A DNA stretch of 40,038 bases from NCBI GenBank assembly GCA_003354045.1, contig PIVZ01000003.1, positions 1 to 40,038 on the forward strand. The letters are read 5' to 3'. The position numbers and the translations under genes were made by a program. The notes under the pieces are model-generated. The model was not told where the DNA came from and did not search any database. It saw nothing but the letters and a program-made list of their open reading frames with translations. This document shows, piece after piece, positions 26,479 to 35,026 of this stretch (its first letter is position 1; every line of letters starts with the position of its first letter). The DNA is from a bacterium. Lineage in GTDB: Bacteria; Desulfobacterota; Binatia; UBA1149; CAITLU01.

Positions 26479-26695
26479 CACATATCGTCCGATACAAGCA
26501 AGATGTCGAATGTCGCGCTAGCGTCATTATTCACGCTTGCCCCGATGCCGGTAATTTCGATGTCAGCCAGCCAGCCGCCGCAGCGATGTATAGATCGGTG
26601 ACTATCACTTCGGGGAAGACGCGGGCATACGCGCCCAGCATCAGCCACGAAAATGCCGCGAGCAGCGCGACTGGTATGAAGAACCTTCGCTTCAC
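26478..26695 (-). pseudogene. Internally deleted, frameshifted exported-protein gene
   Basis: Frame A: MKRRFFIPVALLAAFSWLMLGAYA-RVFPEVIVTDLYIAAAAG. Frame B: ADIEITGIGASVNNDASATFDILLVSDDM*. Coupled to both neighbours; 218 nt is not a multiple of 3. Confidence 0.6.
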
Positions 26696-26973
26696 GCAGC
26701 CCCCAGCAGCGTCTTCTTGCCGGTGAGTGCGGGGTCGTTTGTGCCGCCCGATCCCGTCAAGAGTGAGCCGTCGCCGCCCTGGCCCTTGATGGCCGAACCG
26801 GCTTGCTGCGCGCCGAGTGCGCTGCGTTTGGCCTGTTCGGCTGCAAGTGCTTCGCGTTCTTGATCCTTACGCTTCTTGTCGAAGGCGCGCTCTTTCTTCG
26901 CCTTCACGCCTTCGGACGTTCCAGTAGCAACAGCCGCCACGACGGCCGACACAATGGAGGAAATAACGCCCAC
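26692..26973 (-). CDS. Small Gly/Ala-rich virion-associated protein (ends KKTLLG)
   Basis: Typical small gene between TerL and portal; GTG start. Confidence 0.65.
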   Translation of the reverse strand: MGVISSIVSAVVAAVATGTSEGVKAKKERAFDKKRKDQEREALAAEQAKRSALGAQQAGSAIKGQGGDGSLLTGSGGTNDPALTGKKTLLGAA

Positions 26974-26974
26974 G

Positions 26975-27250
26975 TCAGCCACCACCCAGTATCGTTGACT
27001 TGCCACCAGACGATGCCACGGAGCCACCGAGCCCCTGCGGCGCGAGAATGGTCCCAGAGAATCCGCCATCGACGCTAGCGGCGGCGGCTTTGCGTGCCTT
27101 CTCTCTCGCCTGTTCTTCTTTCTTGGCCTGCGACTTGAGTTGATCTTCCTGCGCGTCCAGCGCCTTGTCCTGCTTGACGGCCCCAGCGACACCAGTTCCG
27201 ATGCTCGCGAGCGAAGCAGCGATAGTTGCCACATTGGCTACCCAACCCAT
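26975..27250 (-). CDS. Small Gly/Ala-rich virion-associated protein (ends KSTILG), related to its neighbour
   Basis: Same architecture as 26692-26973. Confidence 0.7.
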   Translation of the reverse strand: MGWVANVATIAASLASIGTGVAGAVKQDKALDAQEDQLKSQAKKEEQAREKARKAAAASVDGGFSGTILAPQGLGGSVASSGGKSTILGGG

Positions 27251-27258
27251 TTCCTACC

Positions 27259-29640
27259 TCACGCGCTCATCGGTGTTTCGAGCGGATCCCAGTCTGCGGC
27301 AAACGCCTTCCGAATCTTCCGCTGTTCGGTCCGGGCAAAGCGGCGCATCATCATTGCGTAACGAGATGCGCAGATCAGGTCGTCGCGCTCTGCAACCACC
27401 TTGCCGTCCTTGCGGTGATAGCCGTGGAATTCCCCGAGCCACATCTTGCAACTCGCGAAGACCTTGAAGCGTCCCGTCCGCATCCGGTCGAGCATCTCCA
27501 TCAAGCCCGCCTCGGTGCCGTTGCCGCCACTTGCGAACGTGGCGTGCTCGTGGTGCATCCGAAGGCCTTCGTGCTTGTACTCGGCGGCGAGTTCGACGCC
27601 GCCCCGGTAGCGGCGATGACCGTCATGCGGCCACGCGACGACCTTCCACTTGCCCCACGCGCTGATCGCGCGGGCATGGACAACGGGCATCTCTTCCGGC
27701 ACGCGGTACTCGTTGGTGACGTAGAGGCAATCGTTGTCGCGGTCCCATGCGACGTTCGTGGCGGCGGTCGGATGGTCGTAGCCAAAGTCGAGGCCGACGA
27801 TCTGCGGCCAATACTCGGGAATCTTGAAGTCGTCGATCTCGATGGTTTCGTCGGGAATCGGGAAGACCCGCCCACTGCCGAGCATCGGAATGCCCTTGAG
27901 TCTCGCCTCGCGTTCGTAGGGCTGGTACTTGTCGATGGCCTTCTGACGCATCTCGTCGTCCATGTGCAGGGCGTCGTCGATGGTCATCATCGTGAGATGA
28001 CGGTCGGCGGTGTTGGGCGACGGGTAGAAGTTGTTCACCACGGAGGTCGCACCCTGCAAGGGCGTCAGCGACAGGTAGACGATGCCCTTGGTGTTCGTGA
28101 CGCGGGTCAGGCATTCCTTGTAGATCATCTCGTCGGGCTCTTCGTCGAGCCAAACCCAATGCACTTCCGCGCCCGTGAACTTCTTCCACGTCTGCTCGTA
28201 GGAGTTCCCTACCCGGTAGCCCTCCGCGATGAACTCGTGCGGCCCGTCTACCCCAAGGCAGTACACCGTCTCGTTGTCGCACTCGGTAATCGAAAGGACT
28301 TCACCGCGAGGTCCGCGCGGCCGAGGCACTATGTTGGTGTCGGATTCCCGCCCGTGCTTCCCGATGATCTCGCCAAACCGAATGCGCTCAAACCCGGTCA
28401 GATCGACGTAGTGGTAGTCGCGGTGCTTCGGGTCCGGCTGAGATCGCGTAGTCACAGATCCGTGAATCCCAACACCCCACAGGAGCGCGCGAACATCGTC
28501 GGCGAGTTGCTTGCTCGTGGAAACGTATCGGGCACATAGCCGCGAGATGGTTCCATCAGTAGACCAAAGCCAGAACAGGAATTGAATTCGCTGCTCGCGA
28601 CTCAGCCGGAACACCCACGAGGGAACAAACTTATCGGGTGACTTCTTGTTCCACAGCCCGTCTCTTTCAAGAGCATCTTTCAGCCGGTTCTTCTTGTGCA
28701 GCTTTGAGCTGACAAAATAGGCGAGATCGTTCGACGGCCTTTTCGCAACGTACAAGTCATCGGGCAGCAGCCTCTCGGCATACGCAACGAGGCCCGGCTC
28801 CGCGCAGGTGATGAACGGAGTCTTCCCGCGTAGACAGCCATCCCCTATCATCAGCGCTGTCCACGCCACCTCCCATTCGGGGGCCACTTCCGCCCCGTCG
28901 ACAGCGAGGTCAGCAATTTCGAGGTCGTCGCCCACCTTGAGGTCGCCTGCTTCCACGCGACCGCGAGCGGTAAACATCTCGTGATTCGGGGTGGCGCGAA
29001 TGCGACCGCTCCTTGTAGCGATCTCGACAACCGGAGCATTGGGATACGAATGCAACTGTGAGACAACCTGCTCACCGCCACCCACCGTCAGCACCGTCTC
29101 GCCCAGAGAGACATCCTCGATCTGCTTCCACTCCCCGCTCGCCATGCAAACTCGCGTACCCGCCGGGAAACACTTGAACTGCACAACCGAGACGCCACCC
29201 GAAACGTGGCGGACGAAAATCTTGTCCACCGCGCCCGACATGCCGCGCGCCTTGTCGATCTTGATGATGTTGGCGAACGGGATGGCTCCGGTGCCCCAGT
29301 CCGTCTCGGAATCGCCGAGCAGAATCCCCTGCACCACGTCGCGGGTGATTTCGTTCGAGGTGCCACACGCCCAGCCGAGTGTCGGCTTGGGAAAACGGCG
29401 ACCATCCCACCAGTCGGGATACAATCCCGTGGCGTGCATCGCCGACTCCATGCCGCAAGTGAGACTCTTGCCCGACCGATTGGCCGCGAAGAGTGCTCGC
29501 TCGCCCTTAGTGGAGCCCGCCCGGAGGTGGTCTGCTTGTTTCGGATGCGGGTGAAAGTCGCTCAGCTTCCGCCGTTGCTTCTCCACCAGCGCCTTCGCAA
29601 GCGTCTGCATTGCTGCGTTCGATTGCATGAACCCTTTCAC
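27259..29640 (-). CDS. terL: Terminase large subunit, intein-containing
   Basis: AANRSGKS Walker A, WLDEEP Walker B, LTPLQG, GLDFGYDHP, WPHDG, DDLICASRYA; exact start uncertain. Confidence 0.95.
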   Translation of the reverse strand: MKGFMQSNAAMQTLAKALVEKQRRKLSDFHPHPKQADHLRAGSTKGERALFAANRSGKSLTCGMESAMHATGLYPDWWDGRRFPKPTLGWACGTSNEITRDVVQGILLGDSETDWGTGAIPFANIIKIDKARGMSGAVDKIFVRHVSGGVSVVQFKCFPAGTRVCMASGEWKQIEDVSLGETVLTVGGGEQVVSQLHSYPNAPVVEIATRSGRIRATPNHEMFTARGRVEAGDLKVGDDLEIADLAVDGAEVAPEWEVAWTALMIGDGCLRGKTPFITCAEPGLVAYAERLLPDDLYVAKRPSNDLAYFVSSKLHKKNRLKDALERDGLWNKKSPDKFVPSWVFRLSREQRIQFLFWLWSTDGTISRLCARYVSTSKQLADDVRALLWGVGIHGSVTTRSQPDPKHRDYHYVDLTGFERIRFGEIIGKHGRESDTNIVPRPRGPRGEVLSITECDNETVYCLGVDGPHEFIAEGYRVGNSYEQTWKKFTGAEVHWVWLDEEPDEMIYKECLTRVTNTKGIVYLSLTPLQGATSVVNNFYPSPNTADRHLTMMTIDDALHMDDEMRQKAIDKYQPYEREARLKGIPMLGSGRVFPIPDETIEIDDFKIPEYWPQIVGLDFGYDHPTAATNVAWDRDNDCLYVTNEYRVPEEMPVVHARAISAWGKWKVVAWPHDGHRRYRGGVELAAEYKHEGLRMHHEHATFASGGNGTEAGLMEMLDRMRTGRFKVFASCKMWLGEFHGYHRKDGKVVAERDDLICASRYAMMMRRFARTEQRKIRKAFAADWDPLETPMSA
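28204..29172 (-). mobile_element. Intein (323 aa) with LAGLIDADG homing endonuclease
   Basis: FK|CFPAGTRV, block B ATPNHEMF, LMIGDG and LWSTDG motifs, block F VYCLGV, C-end YRVGN|S. Confidence 0.92.
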
Positions 29641-30193
29641 GCACGGCGTCCATCCGTGCGACCTGATCCAAGACGGCCGGGTTCGCCGTCAGCGCGGCCT
29701 CGATCATCAAGGCGAGTTCCTTGTCGCTCTTGTCCTCGAGTTCGTTCCCGTGCTGGTGCCGGTCGGTGAACATCGCGACCGTCTTGCCGAGCAGCTCCGC
29801 GCCCTTCAGCATCCCAGTGGTGTCCGACCGGCGGATGATCGAGCCGTCCTTGCCGGTGATCGCCGAGCCGTTCTTGCCGACGATCGGGACGCCCGCGCGG
29901 GCGAGGTCGATGGCCTCGCGGGTGAGGCTCAGCACTTCGGACTTCGTTTCGGCTGTGGACTGGACGACAATGCTGTCCGAGAGAGTCCTGAGTCGTTCGA
30001 GTTCCGCACGGACGCCAGTGCGCTGTAGCAGAATCGACCCGGCCTGGTAGAAGTTCTTCGACTTGGAACCTGCGGCTTCAGCCGCCTTTGCCCGGTCGCC
30101 GGTCTGATGAAAGACCTGGGCAAACTTCTGGTGGGACCACGAGATCGTGCCGCCTTGCGCCACACTTCCCCCAGACCGTGAGCTAAACGTCAC
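29507..30193 (-). CDS. terS: Terminase small subunit
   Basis: FAQVF..GDRAKAAEAAG..QAGSILL HTH; KGAELLGKTVAMFTDR; upstream of TerL. Confidence 0.8.
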   Translation of the reverse strand: MTFSSRSGGSVAQGGTISWSHQKFAQVFHQTGDRAKAAEAAGSKSKNFYQAGSILLQRTGVRAELERLRTLSDSIVVQSTAETKSEVLSLTREAIDLARAGVPIVGKNGSAITGKDGSIIRRSDTTGMLKGAELLGKTVAMFTDRHQHGNELEDKSDKELALMIEAALTANPAVLDQVARMDAVRERVHAIERSNADACEGAGGEATAEAERLSPASETSRPPPGGLH

Positions 30194-30208
30194 GGCTCAT
30201 TTGGGCCA

Positions 30209-30237
30209 CATATATCAGGAAGCGACATTGGATGCAA
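30209..30237 (-). promoter_or_regulatory. Sigma70-like promoter upstream of terS
   Basis: TTGCAT-17-TATATG with an extended -10 TG. Confidence 0.5.
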
Positions 30238-30367
30238 CAGGAACCGGAGAAAATGTCACTTGCGCCCAGAACGGACACCTGATAAGCACTCAGATGATGG
30301 TGAATCGAAATGCGACCGATCTGTCCGGAATGTGGCTACGAAATGGGTGCAGCCAGTGAATGTTGCC

Positions 30368-30756
30368 ATGGATGTAGTGCGCCCTTCGCGCCGATACCGC
30401 GGACCGCCCCCGAAGCCCATGGCGGAACGGTTTTGGCCGAAAGTTGCAGTCGGACCAGACAACGACTGCTGGGAGTGGACTGCCTGCAAGGACCGCGAGG
30501 GATACGGGTTTATCAGATCTGGAGGTCAGCGCGACCCGATGATCCGGGCTCACCGTGCCTCATGGGAAATGCACTTCGGGAAGATCCCTGATGGGATGCT
30601 CGTCATCCACCAGTGCGACAATCCATCATGCGTCAATCCCAATCACCTCGCGGTTGGCACCGTCGTCTACAGCGTGACATTGCCGCTGATTACGGAATCC
30701 ACATCGGACATGTCTCAGACATCAAGCGACGGCTCGCGTGGCGTCATGTCGCGTAG
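30368..30756 (+). pseudogene. HNH endonuclease pseudogene (out-of-frame internal deletion)
   Basis: RFWPKV..CWEW..AHRASW..HQCDNPSCVNPNHLAVGT, then -1 frame RLQRDIAADYGIHIGHVSDIKRRLAWRHVA* matching the C-terminus of 31531-32013. Confidence 0.8.
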
Positions 30757-30771
30757 AGAAGCACGGGCCGC

Positions 30772-30984
30772 ATGATGAGCCAGCCCCCGCCGCCCACTAA
30801 CCACGTCCGAGACTTCAAAATCAAGTGGCGGACCAAACGGCTGGGCAAGGTGGCCAGAGGCAAGAGGCCGCCCTGGGATCTTGAGGAGCGAGTGGATCTA
30901 GCCACGGCGAGGGAATCCAACCGTGCCGCCCTCGAACACGAATTTGCCAAGCGGATCGGCTTGGACGAGTACCCGGAACAATGA
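30772..30984 (+). CDS. Hypothetical basic protein
   Basis: 70-aa ORF, GC3-rich codons. Confidence 0.55.
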   Translation: MMSQPPPPTNHVRDFKIKWRTKRLGKVARGKRPPWDLEERVDLATARESNRAALEHEFAKRIGLDEYPEQ

Positions 30985-30991
30985 ACCAACT

Positions 30992-31385
30992 TTGCTCGCG
31001 GGGAAGGAAAACCCACTGGCGCGAGCGGCAACACTCACCCGATCAGCGGCGGGATCCTGATCGGCACCAGGGGGGATAGGCAGACCCGCCGGCCGAGTCA
31101 CAGGCACCAAAGGCCAAGCCATCTCCGTTAGCGCGGAGTAATCATGGGGTGCCCTGCTACAAGGCTCGCGTCTCACCGAGAAGGTGCGGCGGCGAGTAGC
31201 CCGGCGGCTTCAAGCGCCGATGCGGGCTACCCAGACGGCAAGCGACGGCTGATCGGGCGGCAGAGACGACAACTTTTGTTCACCGGCTTGAGTCGTCAGA
31301 GTTGGGGCGTCGAACCCCTAACGAGGCTTCTCTTCAGACCACGACTCGCCGGGTGGGCAGGGGGATGTCGTTCTCTGCCCGAAGT
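30992..31385 (+). ncRNA. Candidate ~390-nt structured RNA
   Basis: At least seven stems including a long-range 10-bp helix; G-U pairs favour the + strand; lies between convergent units. Confidence 0.45.
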
Positions 31386-31391
31386 GCGTTT

Positions 31392-31538
31392 TCAGTCCGG
31401 AGATGGGTTCTGCCAAGACCTCGCCATCTCACACAGGAAGCACTCGCACCAACCCTCCGGCTTCTTCCCGGCCTGGATTACCCGCCACTCCCCCAACGTC
31501 ACGCCGGGGATGCACTGGTCTTGGGGGATGTCACGCAT
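31392..31538 (-). CDS. Small Cys-containing protein (CECFLC)
   Basis: ATG overlaps the HNH stop region (ATGCGTGA). Confidence 0.5.
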   Translation of the reverse strand: MRDIPQDQCIPGVTLGEWRVIQAGKKPEGWCECFLCEMARSWQNPSPD

Positions 31539-32013
31539 CGGGGCACCCGCGGACGTGCCTCCACGCAACGTGGGACTTAATGAGGGAAACCTGAGACCGT
31601 GACACCCCGTGACTAGCCGCAATCTCTCGTTGCGGCCGATGGTCTGACCGTATCTCGACAACCTGGCTTTCCGTGAGTTTCGCCGAACCGGCCTTTTCTC
31701 CACAGGCACCACGCCCCTTCGCGTCCCTGTCTGCGTTATTGTCTGCCAGTGTCCCCAGAAAGAGATGCTCGGGTTTGACGCACCGCCGGTTGTCGCACCT
31801 GTGCAACACGCACAACCCCTCGGGTATGGCCCCGTAGCGGAACTCCCATGCAACACGGTGAGCCTTTAGCATCTTGCTTGGAACTGTACCGCTGCCAATC
31901 GCTCCGTAGCCTTGCCTGAAAACACCAGCGGTCCACCACCAGCACCCCGGCTCGTCTAGTTTGTGGACCTTCTCCCAGAACCTCTCCGATAGCGTGCCGA
32001 TCTTGTACACCAT
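31531..32013 (-). CDS. HNH homing endonuclease with C-terminal HTH
   Basis: RFWEKV, CWWW, AHRVAW, HRCDNRRCVKPEHLFLGTLADN, AKLTESQVVEIR..QREIAA. Confidence 0.9.
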   Translation of the reverse strand: MVYKIGTLSERFWEKVHKLDEPGCWWWTAGVFRQGYGAIGSGTVPSKMLKAHRVAWEFRYGAIPEGLCVLHRCDNRRCVKPEHLFLGTLADNNADRDAKGRGACGEKAGSAKLTESQVVEIRSDHRPQREIAASHGVSRSQVSLIKSHVAWRHVRGCPDA

Positions 32014-32020
32014 GATCGTG

Positions 32021-32048
32021 ATTATATCACGCACCACGCATTACACAA
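32021..32048 (-). promoter_or_regulatory. Sigma70 promoter for a probably leaderless HNH mRNA
   Basis: TTGTGT-16-TATAAT with an extended -10 TG, 7 nt upstream of ATG 32013; no RBS. Confidence 0.65.
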
Positions 32049-32099
32049 CTGTTGCGTATTCACTACAATGTGCCCCTGTTCCGTGAAAAACGGGCATGG

Positions 32100-32155
32100 T
32101 CAATATAATCGATATCGAGTCGCGCGAATTTCGGGGTACCCCCCCCCGGGTAGAA
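32100..32155. other. Candidate packaging/terminus site
   Basis: Stacked palindromes TCGATATCGA, TCGCGCGA, GGGGTACCCC and a C9 run, in the ~750-bp gap upstream of the terminase region. Confidence 0.4.
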
Positions 32156-32705
32156 AAACTAACGAGCGTCCACGTCCGATAACGTAGAGTCTGTTAAGTA
32201 GGATATGGTCTGTTACGCAAGCTGCTGCCGCTAGAGCACTATTCGCGATTATGAACCGAACGCATCGCTGCTCGCTTGCTCGATAGCCTAACGGATCGCC
32301 AGTCATGGGCTGCCGAGCATGGCCGTCCATGTTGCAGCTCGCACACTGGGCAGGCTGGCTGATACGCACGGAGCAGGCGTTAGGGCTTGAGTGGTGGCGG
32401 ATTGGTGCGAGCACGCGGGCAGGAACAGCATCTATTCTCCATCAGCCCATCCGGATATCCTCATGTCATATACGGTCACGGTCTGTCCGCGTAGGACATA
32501 GCTTGGTGCTGGCCCCGATACTCGACTGGATCGGCAGCTTGCCCGGCCTCGAGCCCATCCACTCGCCTAGCCCCGAATCAGGCTTCCGAGGTTGGCCCCT
32601 GCTGGCCGATCTGCTCCGGGTCCGATGTCTAGGTCCACCCTGAAACGAGCGGAGAGACCGTTAGAGATTATTCTCGTATCGATGCGAATATTTCGGCTCG
32701 AGGGC

Positions 32706-32737
32706 TTGCGGCTTCCTGCCGATCAATTAGATTGAGT
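32706..32737 (+). promoter_or_regulatory. Promoter (TTGCGG-16-TAGATT) overlapped by a 17-bp operator-like site
   Basis: GATCAATTAGATTGAGT (32721-32737) matches 38828-38844 at 14/17. Confidence 0.55.
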
Positions 32738-32771
32738 GGTAAGCGCGATGGAGCGTATGGGAGAAACGAAG

Positions 32772-32972
32772 ATGGCGAGCACGGTTCGATTCGATATGCC
32801 CGATGGCAAGACACTCGAAACCCATATCCGTCGCCTGCGGGTATACCTCGAAGAATGCAAGCGGAAGAACTATCTCGGTGATCCGGGCGGCTTCGACTGT
32901 TGGGCGCGAGATGTTGTCTCTGGAGCGCTCAAGAATATGAGCCAAAGCGTGTTCGTGGAATCAGGCGACTAG
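32772..32972 (+). CDS. Hypothetical protein
   Basis: GGAG RBS; first gene after the promoter. Confidence 0.55.
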   Translation: MASTVRFDMPDGKTLETHIRRLRVYLEECKRKNYLGDPGGFDCWARDVVSGALKNMSQSVFVESGD

Positions 32973-33054
32973 CCGTCCGCCTTCCCTCATCGGGCAGCTT
33001 CGGCTGTTCCGATGGGAGAATGCGCAATGGAGCGCACACAAGGAAGGAACCGAA

Positions 33055-33291
33055 ATGACCCGATGGACAATCGGCGGTAGGGGCGACACGGGAACGCTCG
33101 CAATACATATCACGCCTCGCGGGCATATTCTTGAGTACAACGTCCAACGGCTTCGAGGTGGTTTTTGGTTGTCCGAGGTCGAGTATTCGGACGGATCGCG
33201 AATCGAGATCAATGCGAGTGAGGGAACCGAGGCCGGAGCGCACGCGCGTTGCGAATTGCACGCTGACGGCTTTCATATCGCGAGCGCCTAA
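33055..33291 (+). CDS. Hypothetical protein
   Basis: AAGGAAGG RBS; bracketed by hairpins. Confidence 0.55.
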   Translation: MTRWTIGGRGDTGTLAIHITPRGHILEYNVQRLRGGFWLSEVEYSDGSRIEINASEGTEAGAHARCELHADGFHIASA

Positions 33292-33380
33292 TCGCCCCCC
33301 ATCGGTGGCGTTCTTCGGAGCGTCACCTATTGGGCGGTGATTCAGCCGGCCGAACGCGCGGGAGCGCACTGGAGAATGAA

Positions 33381-33842
33381 ATGGGAAACCGAGCACACGT
33401 AATCTTCACCGATAAAGACGGCGACATCTCGCCCGCGGTCTATCTCCACTGGAATGGCGGACCCGAATCGGTCTACGCATTCTTGGACGAAATGAAACGG
33501 CGGAAAATCCGCTGCGATGCAAGCTACGGAACAGCCCGATTCGTTCATATTGTGGGCGATTTCTTCGATAGCGACGAGGCGGGCGGACTTTCACTCGGCA
33601 TCCACGGCGGACCGAAAACCCTCGAACCCGCGAGCCTCAAGCAGTACGACCACGGCGACAACGGCGTGTACGTCGTGAGTTGGAACGGCACTGAGCGCAC
33701 GGTACGACGCTTCAGCAACGGCAAATTCGCAGACGCTCGCCGGGTCGAATCGGAGCGAATCGCAGCGGAAAACGACGATACCTACGCGGGCATTCTGGAG
33801 ACACTCGCCGAGCAACGGCCCACCGTCTCACGGTTCGGCTGA
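33381..33842 (+). CDS. Conserved phage protein (MGNRA...YLHWNGG motif)
   Basis: Recognisable motif plus DHGDNGVY; GGAG RBS. Confidence 0.75.
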   Translation: MGNRAHVIFTDKDGDISPAVYLHWNGGPESVYAFLDEMKRRKIRCDASYGTARFVHIVGDFFDSDEAGGLSLGIHGGPKTLEPASLKQYDHGDNGVYVVSWNGTERTVRRFSNGKFADARRVESERIAAENDDTYAGILETLAEQRPTVSRFG

Positions 33843-33934
33843 TGACCGCCCGCACCCTCGACACCTACCGAGCCGCCGCATTCTGGGCCCTGGGCCTGGC
33901 TATGCTGGCGGCCTCGGTACTGGACTTGCAATAA
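33842..33934 (+). CDS. 30-aa hydrophobic peptide
   Basis: MTARTLDTYRAAAFWALGLAMLAASVLDLQ; TGATG coupling. Confidence 0.45.
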   Translation: MTARTLDTYRAAAFWALGLAMLAASVLDLQ

Positions 33935-34007
33935 TCGGCTTTCAGGTCTGCCCGTAGGCAACTGCGGGCTTTCCTGATTGACGATGGAGGAAGCGATGGA
34001 GGAAGCG

Positions 34008-34178
34008 ATGGAACCCGATTACATCGAATATCACCGCAAGCCTACCCCGGCGGAAATACGCTTCGGGCATGGAGCGACCCACTACCGCGATTTTCTCCGG
34101 TCGTGGGTCACCAAAGCAGACGGAACCCTGAAGCGATGGTTCAAAGCCCACGACGACGGCTTGCGATATTACCGCTGA
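34008..34178 (+). CDS. Small conserved phage protein (YHRKPT..EIRFG.GATHYRDF)
   Basis: GGAGG RBS; motif-like sequence. Confidence 0.65.
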   Translation: MEPDYIEYHRKPTPAEIRFGHGATHYRDFLRSWVTKADGTLKRWFKAHDDGLRYYR

Positions 34179-34347
34179 CACGAACACTAGAGGCAACTAG
34201 CCGATCGTAAACGGAAAACCGTAGCGGGGAGCTGCGCGCCGGAATTCTTCGCGAGCTGCGCAGAAGTGTAAGCTGCGACTAAGCCGACACAAATACACCG
34301 GCCTAAGAACACCCGCGCCAACTAGCACGGCACAAATACACCAAAAA

Positions 34348-34788
34348 CTAAACGCTTTGAACACCCGCGAGTTCTCGATGCCGGTCCTTGTGATGCTGCG
34401 CGCAAAGCCACATGACCTCAAGTGGCTTGGTGTAATCCTCGTGGTGCCCCTGAACGCGCGGAGACAAGCAAACACAGCAATTTCCGCGAGCTATCCGCCC
34501 TGATCTGACCGCATGTTGTAACGCGCCCTGAGCCCGTTTCTTCTCCGGATTGCCCGCGGCCCACTGCCGCAAATACCGCTGCGTCTTTTCTGGGTTCTCT
34601 TGCCACCACCGTCGCTGATTGGCGTTGTGCCTGTCTCGATTGGCACTCTTCCACCGCTTGCTGGCAGTTGTTTTGCACGAAACACAGACGTACAAACTGC
34701 CCGCAATCCGCCTAGCATCCAGCACAACCGGCACGCCGCACTTCGTACAGTCGCGCACGTCCCCAACCACCCACACTTTTTTACTCAT
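34348..34788 (-). CDS. HNH endonuclease (HHEDYxKPL type) with N-terminal Zn module
   Basis: CCVC..VQGHHEDYTKPLEVMWLCAQHH. Confidence 0.8.
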   Translation of the reverse strand: MSKKVWVVGDVRDCTKCGVPVVLDARRIAGSLYVCVSCKTTASKRWKSANRDRHNANQRRWWQENPEKTQRYLRQWAAGNPEKKRAQGALQHAVRSGRIARGNCCVCLSPRVQGHHEDYTKPLEVMWLCAQHHKDRHRELAGVQSV

Positions 34789-35026
34789 CGGCCCCCACCT
34801 CAACACCCGCGCCACTTCCAAACCACCGCGGCCCAACACCATCCTCACGCCGCGCCAAACTGACCACGCCGGGGCATCCGACGCAGCACGGAACAGGCGA
34901 CTCAGACGCAGAGCGTTGATTCCAGCGTGGCCGCTCTGTAGTAGCCCTTGCATGATAAGCATCGCACGCGGTCGGTGTCAGCCACACGGACAATGCCTCG
35001 CAGCGCCAGGTTCGGATATTAGTCAC
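34781..35026 (-). CDS. Small Cys-rich hypothetical protein
   Basis: GTGA coupling; RCEAL..AC..CCVGC. Confidence 0.5.
   Translation of the reverse strand: MTNIRTWRCEALSVWLTPTACDAYHARATTERPRWNQRSASESPVPCCVGCPGVVSLARREDGVGPRWFGSGAGVEVGADE

Noticed and set aside
29507-29640. TerS/TerL overlap as an anomaly
   Set aside because: Overlaps of this kind are common in terminase gene pairs, and the TerL start may be a downstream ATG.
11077-29769. Many long + strand ORFs (e.g. 13825-14622, 27226-28539)
   Set aside because: Antisense shadows of GC3-rich minus-strand genes, with no RBS or motifs.
30656-30666. Programmed -1 frameshift in the HNH gene
   Set aside because: No slippery heptamer, and the fused product would still lack about 36 conserved residues; a deletion explains it better.
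32100-32643. ORFs 32100-32414 and 32305-32643 as genes
   Set aside because: No RBS, atypical composition and mutual overlap; the region is more likely non-coding.
34288-34342. 12-bp direct repeat CACAAATACACC (34288, 34331) as replication iterons
   Set aside because: Only two copies, far from the initiator gene; function unsupported.
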